Part shown: piece after piece, positions 46,091 to 54,718 of the stretch
Layout of the letters: every line of letters begins with the position of its first letter
Position numbering within the stretch: the stretch's first letter is position 1
DNA from: Patescibacteria group bacterium
GTDB taxonomy: Bacteria > Patescibacteriota > Patescibacteriia > 2-01-FULL-39-33
NCBI GenBank assembly: GCA_041645075.1
Contig: JBAZQS010000002.1
Span: forward strand, 693 to 64,692
Direction of reading: 5' to 3'
DNA length: 64,000 nucleotides
The notes under the pieces: generated by a model
Database searches by the model: none
What the model saw: only the letters and a program-made list of their open reading frames with translations
What the model was told of the DNA's origin: nothing
Program-made: the position numbers and the translations under genes

Positions 46091-49000
46091 ATGAGCAACA
46101 ACTTGGAAAATTTAAATAGCGAACAGCAACAAGCGGTTATCCACGACGATGGACCGCTTTTAATCGTGGCTGGCGCCGGCACGGGCAAAACCACGGTGAT
46201 TACCCAACGCATTTCATATTTGATTAATGAAAAAAAATGCCGGCCCGAGGAAATTTTGGCTTTAACTTTCACGGATAAGGCCGCCGGAGAAATGGAGGAA
46301 AGGGTGGATCGCCTCTTGCCTTACGGCTATGTGGATTTATGGATTTCCACCTTTCATGCTTTTGCCGAACGCATTTTGAAAGACCATGGTTTGGAAATCG
46401 GCCTGCCCAATGATTTTAAACTACTCTCCGCGACCCAGCAATGGCTGATTGTCCGCCAGAATTTAGATAAATTCAATCTTGACTATTATCGTCCGCTTGG
46501 CAATCCCACTAAATTTATTCACGCTTTAATAAAACATTTTTCCCGCGCCAAAGATGAAAATATCAGCGCCCAAGATTATCTTAAATATGTGGAGGATTTA
46601 AAAATGAATTCTGACTCGGCCGAATACGTCAGAACCATTATTGACGAAGAAACCGCTAACCAACTTTCTAAAAAAGAATTAAAAGAGGTTTTGGCGCATG
46701 AAATTTTAAAACAGGAAGAAGTGGCTAATGCCTATCATATTTATCAGCAGTTGTTATTGGATAATAATGCTTTGGATTTCGGTGATTTGATAAATTATTG
46801 CCTCAAATTATTCAGCGAAAGAAAAAATCTGCTCGCCAAATACCGCAGTCAATTCAAATATATTTTGGTAGACGAATTTCAGGATGTTAATTATGCCCAA
46901 TATGAATTAGTAAAAATCATCGGAGCTCCTAAAAATAATATTACCGTTGTTGGAGATGATGATCAATCAATCTATCGGTTCCGCGGGGCATCCATTGCCA
47001 ATATTTTACAGTTCAAAGATGATTACCCGAATCTTAAAGAAATATTTTTGACCGCCAATTACCGCAGCCGGCAGAATATTCTGGACCTGTCTTATAAATT
47101 CATTCAGCAGAATAATCCTTATCGGCTGGAAGTGAAATTAGCCAAAGATAAAAAATTATGCAAAGTATTAAGAGCCGAACAAGAGGGAATAGCCGAGATA
47201 TCGCATCTGCACGGCCACGCTTTGGCCGACGAAGTTAAAATTACGGTGGAAAAAATAATTGAACTGTATAATAAAAGTAAAAACACAAATTGGTCTGATT
47301 TTGCGATTTTGGTGCGTGCCAATGCCAGCGCCAACAATTTTATTTACGCGCTTGAGCGGGCCGATATCCCGTATAATTTTGTGGCTTCCCGGGGGCTTTA
47401 CGCCAAAAACGTGGTCTTGGATATTTTGGCGTATTTAAAATTATTGGATAATTATCATGAGAGTTCGGCCATGTATCGGATATTATCTTTGCCGATTTGG
47501 GGCTTTGACGCCCGCGACATTATCAATCTTAATTATTGGTCCAAGCGCAAGGGCTGGTCTGTTTATGAATCTATGAAGCAAACCGCAATTTTAAATAATA
47601 TTTCTCATGAAGGCAAAAAACGTTTTGAGCAAATTTTAGGCCTGATTGACCGCCACGGCCAGATGATCCGAGAAAACAAAAATACCACGGAAATTATCCA
47701 GGCCTTTCTGATTGATACGGGCTATCTGAAAAATTTAACCGCCATAGACAATCAAATTCATAGAGAGCAATTAAATTATCTAAATCAATTTTATAAAAAA
47801 GTTCAGGAATTTGAATTGGAAACCGACGAAAAAGGCGTAAGAAATTTTTTGGCCTTAATCGGACTGGAGCTTGAATCGGGCGAAGAGGGAACATTGAAAC
47901 AAAACCTGGAAGAGGAGGGGCCGGATGCGGTCAAAATCATGACCGTGCACGCGGCCAAGGGACTGGAATTTAAATATGTTTTTATTGTTAACTTGGTAGA
48001 TAAAAAATTTCCTTCCGTGAGCCAGTCCGAGCCCATTGAGTTGCCGGAAAAATTAATTAAGGAGATTACGGCCGAGGGCGATATCCATTTGCAGGAGGAA
48101 AGGCGATTATTTTATGTGGGTATGACCAGAGCCAAGGAAGGCCTGTATTTTACTTCGGCCGATGATTACGGCGGGAACAGAAAGAAAAAACTATCCAGAT
48201 TTTTAATTGAGCTGTCAGAGGCGGGTTTGGAATTATCTTCCTCCGAATCCCCCCTCCCCTTTACAAGGGGAGGGTTGGGGAGGGGTCTTGTTGGTGAAGA
48301 TAAATTAGACACGCCAAATAAAAAGAAAGAGATAATTGAAAATTTACTCCCGGCTACTTTTTCTTTCAGCCAGATCAGGGCTTTTGAAAGTTGCCCCTAT
48401 CAATATCGTTTTGCTTATATTTTAAAAGTCCCGACCAAGGGCAACCCCCAATTTTCTTTCGGCAAGACCATCCACTCAACATTGCAGAAATATTTCCAAT
48501 TGGCTAATTTGCGAAAAATGAGCCGGCAGAAGAATTTATTCGGCGATGAAACGGCGTCAAAAATTCCCACCGGCGAAGAATTATTAAAAATTTATGAGAC
48601 GTCGTTTATTGACGATTGGTATCCGGACCGCAAAACCAAAGAGCAATATTTTGAAAAAGGGAAAAAAGCGCTTAAAGAGTTTTATGAAAAACACAAAGAT
48701 AATTTGCCCGAGGTTAAATTTTTGGAATACCCGTTTAATTTGAAAATTAAAAATGACGCGGTTTATGCTTTTTTTGGCGTGATTGACCGGGTAGATAAGA
48801 CAAATGAGGGGATAAGGATTGTTGATTACAAAACCGGCCGAGTAAAAAATAAATTAGAGCCGGAAGATAAGGAACAGCTTTTAATCTATCAATTAGCCGC
48901 CCAGGAAGTGATGAAAGAAAAGGTTAAAGAATTAATTTTTTATTATATTGAAGAAAATAAAGAAATGGCATTTTTGGGGACGGACAAAGAGTTGGATAAG

Positions 49001-49117
49001 TTAAAGAAAAAAATTATCGCTATCATAGAGGAAATTAAAAAGGGAAGTTTTCCGCCCAAACCGGGAAATATCTGCCAGTGGTGCGATTTTAATTCCATTT
49101 GCGAGTTTAAGGGATAG
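46091..49117 (+). CDS. UvrD/PcrA-family helicase fused to a C-terminal PD-(D/E)XK nuclease
   Basis: AGAGTGKT, LVDEFQD, VGDDDQSIYRFRGA, MTVHAAKGLEF, EERRLFYVGMTRA; SFSQ..CP, IDRVD..IVDYKTG, CQWCDF..C. Confidence 0.93.
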   Translation: MSNNLENLNSEQQQAVIHDDGPLLIVAGAGTGKTTVITQRISYLINEKKCRPEEILALTFTDKAAGEMEERVDRLLPYGYVDLWISTFHAFAERILKDHGLEIGLPNDFKLLSATQQWLIVRQNLDKFNLDYYRPLGNPTKFIHALIKHFSRAKDENISAQDYLKYVEDLKMNSDSAEYVRTIIDEETANQLSKKELKEVLAHEILKQEEVANAYHIYQQLLLDNNALDFGDLINYCLKLFSERKNLLAKYRSQFKYILVDEFQDVNYAQYELVKIIGAPKNNITVVGDDDQSIYRFRGASIANILQFKDDYPNLKEIFLTANYRSRQNILDLSYKFIQQNNPYRLEVKLAKDKKLCKVLRAEQEGIAEISHLHGHALADEVKITVEKIIELYNKSKNTNWSDFAILVRANASANNFIYALERADIPYNFVASRGLYAKNVVLDILAYLKLLDNYHESSAMYRILSLPIWGFDARDIINLNYWSKRKGWSVYESMKQTAILNNISHEGKKRFEQILGLIDRHGQMIRENKNTTEIIQAFLIDTGYLKNLTAIDNQIHREQLNYLNQFYKKVQEFELETDEKGVRNFLALIGLELESGEEGTLKQNLEEEGPDAVKIMTVHAAKGLEFKYVFIVNLVDKKFPSVSQSEPIELPEKLIKEITAEGDIHLQEERRLFYVGMTRAKEGLYFTSADDYGGNRKKKLSRFLIELSEAGLELSSSESPLPFTRGGLGRGLVGEDKLDTPNKKKEIIENLLPATFSFSQIRAFESCPYQYRFAYILKVPTKGNPQFSFGKTIHSTLQKYFQLANLRKMSRQKNLFGDETASKIPTGEELLKIYETSFIDDWYPDRKTKEQYFEKGKKALKEFYEKHKDNLPEVKFLEYPFNLKIKNDAVYAFFGVIDRVDKTNEGIRIVDYKTGRVKNKLEPEDKEQLLIYQLAAQEVMKEKVKELIFYYIEENKEMAFLGTDKELDKLKKKIIAIIEEIKKGSFPPKPGNICQWCDFNSICEFKG

Positions 49118-49237
49118 CTTGTAGGAATTAGCTTGTAGCTGGTAGTTTTATAAATAAAAAAATATAAATAGCCGATTTTTGGCTATTTTATTTTGGCCAA
49201 ATTTAGAGTAAATAATCATTAAAACTTTTTGGTGGTC

Positions 49238-49266
49238 TTGACAATTTTAGCCACATGTGCTATAAT
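49238..49266 (+). promoter_or_regulatory. Consensus sigma70 promoter
   Basis: TTGACA-17-TATAAT with extended -10 TG. Confidence 0.8.
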
Positions 49267-49400
49267 GGACATATTAAGAATAAATCAGGACATTACAATA
49301 TTTGAAGTTCCTCACTAGGGCGGTAGTCCAGTATTCTGGGTTTATCGCCGTAGTGAGGACATTTAAAGCAAAATCCAAAGTATCTTGAAAGGAGATTCTA

Positions 49401-49547
49401 ATGAGAATGAAAATCCGAAAGCCAATGGGAACCGTTGTCCTGCTGGTGGCTCTCGCCATCTTCAACTTCTGTGCGGCAAGTTGGATGGGAGTCGCGAGCG
49501 GACTGCTCCTGCTGTCGCTCGTGCTCTACATCTACAGGACTCATTGA
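49401..49547 (+). CDS. Small hydrophobic membrane peptide (48 aa)
   Basis: AAAGGAG SD; MRMKIRKPMGTVVLLVALAIFNFCAASWMGVASGLLLLSLVLYIYRTH; hairpin right after the stop. Confidence 0.7.
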   Translation: MRMKIRKPMGTVVLLVALAIFNFCAASWMGVASGLLLLSLVLYIYRTH

Positions 49548-49636
49548 GTAGGGGAGCGTCTGAGGTGAAAAACACCAAAAGACGCTCTCCCACAAAACCA
49601 TTTTGCGAATTTAGATTGGCAAAATAGTTTTGGAGA

Positions 49637-49855
49637 GGACATTACAATATTTGGAGCCATAATTTAGAGGAGGGGGAGAGTATTAGCGCCAATCTATCTA
49701 AAAGGATTCTTATTGGGTTTACTCAATATCAATCCTTTATAAAATAGCGGCGCCTGCCGCTCTCGGTAAATTTCAGGTCACAAACAATTTATTGTAAGGA
49801 CCGGAAGAAATTTAACCATCCTCTATATTATCGCTCTAAATGTTGTATGTTTTTT
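49637..49855 (+). ncRNA. Candidate multibranched structured RNA domain
   Basis: 5' ACATTACAATATTTGGAGC..ATAATTTAGAGGA pairs with 3' TCCTCTATATTAT..GCTCTAAATGTTGTATGT; internal hairpins; T-run at the end. Confidence 0.5.
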
Positions 49856-50022
49856 CCCTTCTTGATGATGGCCATTAACCTGCCTCGGCCACTTACTTCC
49901 ACCCTCCTAAATCCCCGCCCCGACGTCACGTCTGGGCACTTCCCACCGTCTCGCGAGAGCGAGACACAAAAGCGAGTAGAGAATTTTATAAAGAAATTTG
50001 AAGCTCGCTTTTTTCTTTGGTA

Positions 50023-50110
50023 TTGTCATTGCGAGAAGGCGTACTCGCCGACGAAGCAATCTAAATTTAAAAACAAGATTGCTTCGTTGGATTACCTCCT
50101 CGCAATGACA
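50023..50110. repeat. Palindromic REP/RPE-like element (second copy of the 886 family)
   Basis: TGTCATTGCGAG...CGAAGCAATC...GATTGCTTCG...CTCGCAATGACA. Confidence 0.8.
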
Positions 50111-50209
50111 ATTCGACGGGGCGCAATGACAAAAAAAATATTTTTCAACAGCCAAGCCCTTGACAAGCGATTATTTATTGTTTTTGGTTTTATTTGGTGC
50201 TATAATCTT

Positions 50210-50344
50210 GGGAAGGGAAGGACTTCACATTGGAATATTATAATTGCGCTTTCCTAAATGCTATTTAGGATAATTGCTTTAGCGCAATTTCTCAATATTC
50301 TAATTCGTCCCTCTCCAGATCCCGCCCACTGGGCGGGATCTTTT
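50210..50344 (+). ncRNA. Candidate rod-shaped small RNA or leader, with terminator
   Basis: TGnTATAAT at 50198-50206; nested stems ATTGGAATATT/AATATTCTAAT and AATTGCGCT/AGCGCAATT; hairpin GATCCCGCCC/GGGCGGGATC then T-run. Confidence 0.45.
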
Positions 50345-50387
50345 ATTTATGATATAATAAAACATATAAAACATTAAAAAGTAAAAT

Positions 50388-50768
50388 ATGACCCTCAAAC
50401 AATTAATGATTATAATGTTCTTTGCCACGATGATTTGCTGGGCGATTTGGGTCGCGGTTCTGTTTCAAATAGATCCAAATGAGAGCGGCATCACTGGCTT
50501 TTTTATGTTTTATGCCAGTTTATTTTTTGCGCTTTTGGGAAGTTTTTTTCTGGCCAGTTTCGGCTGGAGAAAACTCTTCAGCAAATTCGTGATGGATTAC
50601 AAAATAGTCGCCACCTCATTCAGGCAATCCATATTCTTCGCCCTCTTGGTGGTTGGCATTTTATTATTGCAAAGCAAGGACTTATTGACCTGGTGGAATA
50701 TCATTTTAATAATCGCGGCCTTGACCATAATTGAAAGTTTATTTTTAAGCGCCAGAAGGCAGATCTGA
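50388..50768 (+). CDS. Four-TM hypothetical membrane protein
   Basis: Four hydrophobic segments, IDP and SFRQ motifs; abuts pheS. Confidence 0.8.
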   Translation: MTLKQLMIIMFFATMICWAIWVAVLFQIDPNESGITGFFMFYASLFFALLGSFFLASFGWRKLFSKFVMDYKIVATSFRQSIFFALLVVGILLLQSKDLLTWWNIILIIAALTIIESLFLSARRQI

Positions 50769-50769
50769 T

Positions 50770-51804
50770 ATGGAGAAAAAATTAAATAAATTAAAAGAAG
50801 GTTTTTCTAAGGCCATGGAGCAGATAAAAACATTAGCCGAACTGGAAGAATTGGAAAATAAATTTTTGAGCCGAAAAAACGGGGCTTTGACCTTGCTTTT
50901 AAAAGAGCTGAAGGACTTGTCCAAAGAAGAAGTGGCTGCTGTTGGCAAATTAGCCAATGAAGTTAAAAATTATATAAACGAACAAATCGCTTTGTTTAAT
51001 AATAAATTAAGCGGCCGGAAAAACGGCGGCGTGGCTTTTGATATTACCTTGCCGGGCCAGCCGCCGGCACTTGGCCATCTTCATTTGGTCACTCAAGCAA
51101 TCCGAGAAATTTCTTCCATATTTGAAAAAATCGGTTTTGAGCGCGTAAGGTATCCGGAAGTTGAATGGGATTATTATGCTTTTGAATCCTTAAATATGCC
51201 TCTAGACCATCCGGCCAGAGACGAATGGGAGACATTTTTTATTGACCGCCAACCTATAAACAAAAAATACGGCCAGCGGATTTTAACGCCCCATACCTCA
51301 TCCGGCCAAGTGCGAGAAATGGAAAAGGGCAAACTGCCGATCAGGATGATGAATATTTCCAAATGCTATCGCCGGCAAATGGATGTTTCTCATGTTCCGA
51401 TGTTTCATCAATTTGAGGGCTTGGTCATTGATAAGGATATTAATATTACGCATTTAAAAGGGACGATAGAATATTTTGTAAAACAGTTTTTCGGGCCGGA
51501 CCGGGAAATCCGCTTGCGCCCGCACCATTTTCAGTTTACCGAACCGAGTTTTGAAATTGATGTCAGTTGCGGTGTTTGCGGCGGCAAGGGCTGTAAAATG
51601 TGCAAAGAGGGCTGGCTTGAATTGGCCGGTTCGGGTATGGTGCATCCCAATGTTTTGAAAGCCGGCGGCGTTGACCCGACCAAATACAGCGGCTTTGCCT
51701 TCGGCTGGGGCGTGGAAAGATGCTATCTAATGAAATCCGGACTTAATATTGATGATATTCGGTTGATGTATAAAAATGATTTGCGATTTTTACAGCAATT
51801 TTGA
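50770..51804 (+). CDS. pheS: Phenylalanyl-tRNA synthetase alpha subunit
   Basis: DHPARD..TF, HTSSGQVR, HVPMFHQFEG, FQFTEPS, GFAFGWGVER. Confidence 0.97.
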   Translation: MEKKLNKLKEGFSKAMEQIKTLAELEELENKFLSRKNGALTLLLKELKDLSKEEVAAVGKLANEVKNYINEQIALFNNKLSGRKNGGVAFDITLPGQPPALGHLHLVTQAIREISSIFEKIGFERVRYPEVEWDYYAFESLNMPLDHPARDEWETFFIDRQPINKKYGQRILTPHTSSGQVREMEKGKLPIRMMNISKCYRRQMDVSHVPMFHQFEGLVIDKDINITHLKGTIEYFVKQFFGPDREIRLRPHHFQFTEPSFEIDVSCGVCGGKGCKMCKEGWLELAGSGMVHPNVLKAGGVDPTKYSGFAFGWGVERCYLMKSGLNIDDIRLMYKNDLRFLQQF

Positions 51805-51850
51805 TTTTTTCCTCCCCCGTAATTCGTAATTTGAAATTCGTAATTAAAAT

Positions 51851-54211
51851 ATGAACCTAAATATTTCCTACAACTGGCTCAAAGAATACCTCGCCACAAA
51901 AAAATCAGCTCACGAATTCGCCAAGGAAATTTCCTTATGCGGACCGTCCGTGGATTTTATTACCGAAAAAAAAGTAAACTTTGAAAAAGTGGTAGTTGGT
52001 CAAATTTTAGAATTAGAAAGACATCCGGACGCTAATAAATTAAATGTTTGTAAGGTAAATATCGGCAAAGAAATATTAACTATTATCTGCGGGGCGCCAA
52101 ATATAAAGATCGGTCAAAAAGTGCCGGTGGTTTTGGTTGGCGGCAAAGTGGGGGATATACAAGTTACCAAGGCAAAAATCAGGGGCAGGGAAAGCTTTGG
52201 CATGATGTGCTCGCAAAAAGAATTGGGTATAAGCGATGAACATGCCGGCATTTATATTTTGCCGGATTATGTGGAAATTGGTTTGCCCTTGGAAAAAATA
52301 ATTCCCCTGCAGGATTATATTTTTGATTTGGAAATTACTTCTAATCGCCCCGACGCCATGAGCATAATCGGCGTGGCTAGAGAGGCCTCGGCCATTATGG
52401 CGGAAAAATTTTTATACAAAGAGCCAACACCAAATTTAAAAATTTATAAAAACGTTAAGCTATCTGTCTCCATTAAAGAGCCAAGCCATTGTCCCAGATA
52501 TCAGGCCGTGGTCATGACTGATATTAAGGTTGACTCTTCGCCCCTTTGGGTCCAGCAAAGATTGCTTTCGGCCGGACTTCGGCCGATAAATAATCTGGTA
52601 GATATTACTAATTATATTTTACTTGAATTCGGCCAGCCAATACATGTTTTTGATTATGAAAAACTGCAAGGCCGGGAAATTATTGTCCGTTTAGCCAAAA
52701 AAGGTGAAAAAATATTGGCGCTTGACGGCAAAATATACGAGTTAAATCCGGAAAATTTAGTAATTGCTGATTCTAAAAATCCGGTAGCGGTGGCGGGGGT
52801 TATGGGTGGCGAGTCCTCGGCGGCTCATAGTGAAACAAAAATCATTGTTTTTGAAGCCGCCAATTTTGACCCGGTTTCTGTTCGCAAAACCGCCAGGGTC
52901 TTAAATTTACATTCGGATAGTTCAAATTTATTTGAAAAGGATTTAAGCCCGGAAGGAACGTATCCCGCCTTATTAAGAGCCATAGAATTGACCGGGGAAT
53001 TGGCGGGCGGAAAATTGGCTTCAAAAATTTTTGATGTAAAGAATTATAAAGAAAAAAAGAGGGAAATTAAATTAGCCGTGGAAAATGTAAATAAAATTCT
53101 TGGCATTGAGCTTAAAAAAGACAAAGTGAAAAGCATTTTAGAGGGTCTGGGGTTTAAGGTATCAGAAAGCGCCAAAATAATGGCGGTAAGCGTTCCTTGG
53201 TGGCGGGATAAAGACATTGAAGGCGAACACGATTTAATTGAAGAGGTGGCCAGAATTTACGGCTATCATAAACTGCCGTCTCATTTGCCAGCCGGGGAAA
53301 TTCCGATTAATTATTCCGCGGGAAAAGAATTTTTAATAGAAGACAAGACAAAAGATATTTTAGCGGGTTTGGGCTTTGCCGAAAATTATAATTATTCATT
53401 TATTTCCGAGAAGCTAATCAAAAATTGCTTATTAAATATTAACGACCATATAAAAATTTCCAATCCGTTGAATTTGGATTTTGAATATATGCGAACCACG
53501 CTTATTGCCGGCATATTGCAAGCCGTTGAGGAAAACGAAAGTAATTTTGAAAAAATAAAAATATTTGAATTGAGCGGAGTTTATATTAAAAAAGAAAATG
53601 ATTTGCCCGATGAAACAATGAATTTATGCTTGGTACTGGCTGGAAGCAATAAAGAGGAGGCTTATTTTGAATTGAAGGGCGCCTTAATTGGCTTGTTTAA
53701 GAGATTGAATATTGCGGATTATGATTTTAAGGCGGTTGAGGGTGGCGGATATTGGCAAAAAAATCAGGTCTTAGAGATAAAGGCGGGGGGCAACTCGGTG
53801 GGCAAGATTGGCTCAATCAACCAAGAAATTTTATATTTATTTGGCCTAAAAAAATCCGTGGCGGCCGCGGAAATTGATTTTGCCAAATTAATGGCGGCCA
53901 TTAAAACCAGTCCAACTTATACGCCGTTACCAAAATTTCCGGGCCTCGATTTGGATTTATCAATGGAAATAGACCAGAGCGTTCCTTATGCTGATATAGT
54001 AAGCTCGGTCAAGGAATTAGACCCGTTGATTAAGGATATTTTATTTTTATCACAATACCGGGGCGAGAAAGTGGCCGACGGGAAAAAGGCGGTGGCCATA
54101 AGAGTTGTTTATTTAGACGAAAATAAAACCTTAAAATTGGAAGAAGCGCAAAGTATTCACCATCGGGTTGTGGAAGAATTGAAAAAGAGGTATAATATAA
54201 AAGTAAGATAA
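51851..54211 (+). CDS. pheT: Phenylalanyl-tRNA synthetase beta subunit
   Basis: ISYNWL, HPDANKL..CGAPN, ITSNRPD, INNLVDITNY, DLIEEVARIYGY. Confidence 0.97.
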   Translation: MNLNISYNWLKEYLATKKSAHEFAKEISLCGPSVDFITEKKVNFEKVVVGQILELERHPDANKLNVCKVNIGKEILTIICGAPNIKIGQKVPVVLVGGKVGDIQVTKAKIRGRESFGMMCSQKELGISDEHAGIYILPDYVEIGLPLEKIIPLQDYIFDLEITSNRPDAMSIIGVAREASAIMAEKFLYKEPTPNLKIYKNVKLSVSIKEPSHCPRYQAVVMTDIKVDSSPLWVQQRLLSAGLRPINNLVDITNYILLEFGQPIHVFDYEKLQGREIIVRLAKKGEKILALDGKIYELNPENLVIADSKNPVAVAGVMGGESSAAHSETKIIVFEAANFDPVSVRKTARVLNLHSDSSNLFEKDLSPEGTYPALLRAIELTGELAGGKLASKIFDVKNYKEKKREIKLAVENVNKILGIELKKDKVKSILEGLGFKVSESAKIMAVSVPWWRDKDIEGEHDLIEEVARIYGYHKLPSHLPAGEIPINYSAGKEFLIEDKTKDILAGLGFAENYNYSFISEKLIKNCLLNINDHIKISNPLNLDFEYMRTTLIAGILQAVEENESNFEKIKIFELSGVYIKKENDLPDETMNLCLVLAGSNKEEAYFELKGALIGLFKRLNIADYDFKAVEGGGYWQKNQVLEIKAGGNSVGKIGSINQEILYLFGLKKSVAAAEIDFAKLMAAIKTSPTYTPLPKFPGLDLDLSMEIDQSVPYADIVSSVKELDPLIKDILFLSQYRGEKVADGKKAVAIRVVYLDENKTLKLEEAQSIHHRVVEELKKRYNIKVR

Positions 54212-54306
54212 AGTTGGTAAGTTTATAAGTTTTAAGTTGCTAAGGTAAGTTTTTTAATTTAGCAAACTCTAAACTTATTAACTTAGTAACCTATTAACTT
54301 AATCCT

Positions 54307-54606
54307 ATGTTTGAATCATCAAAAGACATTTTATGGATCGTTTTGGCGTTTGTCATACTTTGGATCGGCGTGTTTGCGGGCTGGGGCGCTTATTATGTGG
54401 CCATGATTTTGCGCGATGTCTACCGGATTACCGGCAGTTTGCGCCGGAAAATTGAGTTAATTGACCAAATTTTAAAAACCATAAAGGAGAAAACCGAAAA
54501 AACCGCCAATTATGTGCCACCCTTAATTGAGGGCGTCAGCAAGATAGTAGAGCATTTTATGGAGAAAAAGAGGGTAAAGGAGAAAAAGAAAAAGGCCAAA
54601 GATTAG
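54307..54606 (+). CDS. Small membrane-anchored hypothetical protein
   Basis: N-terminal TM followed by a helical segment. Confidence 0.7.
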   Translation: MFESSKDILWIVLAFVILWIGVFAGWGAYYVAMILRDVYRITGSLRRKIELIDQILKTIKEKTEKTANYVPPLIEGVSKIVEHFMEKKRVKEKKKKAKD

Positions 54607-54614
54607 AAAGAATC

Positions 54615-54650
54615 AATCCCCCCGCCTCTCGCGAGAGACGGGGGGATTTT
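54615..54650. repeat. REP-like palindrome / terminator (TCTCGCGAGA family)
   Basis: CCCCCGCCTCTCGCGAGAGACGGGGG; related copies at ~33068 and ~49946. Confidence 0.6.
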
Positions 54651-54718
54651 TAAGTACTTGTAAAAAGTATTACAATTTAGTAAAATAAAACCATTACAAT
54701 GACCTTATTTTTATAATT

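Noticed and set aside
49288-49653. CRISPR array from the repeated 17-mer
   Set aside because: Only two copies ~350 bp apart, no regular spacers, no cas genes
49274-50257. Track ORFs 49385-49627, 49398-49601, 49274-49465, 49847-50257 and 49907-50155
   Set aside because: They are alternative frames of the SD-led 48-aa ORF or read through palindromic repeats
50210-50344. T-box riboswitch for pheST
   Set aside because: No GGTGGNACCGCG T-box motif or specifier-loop features
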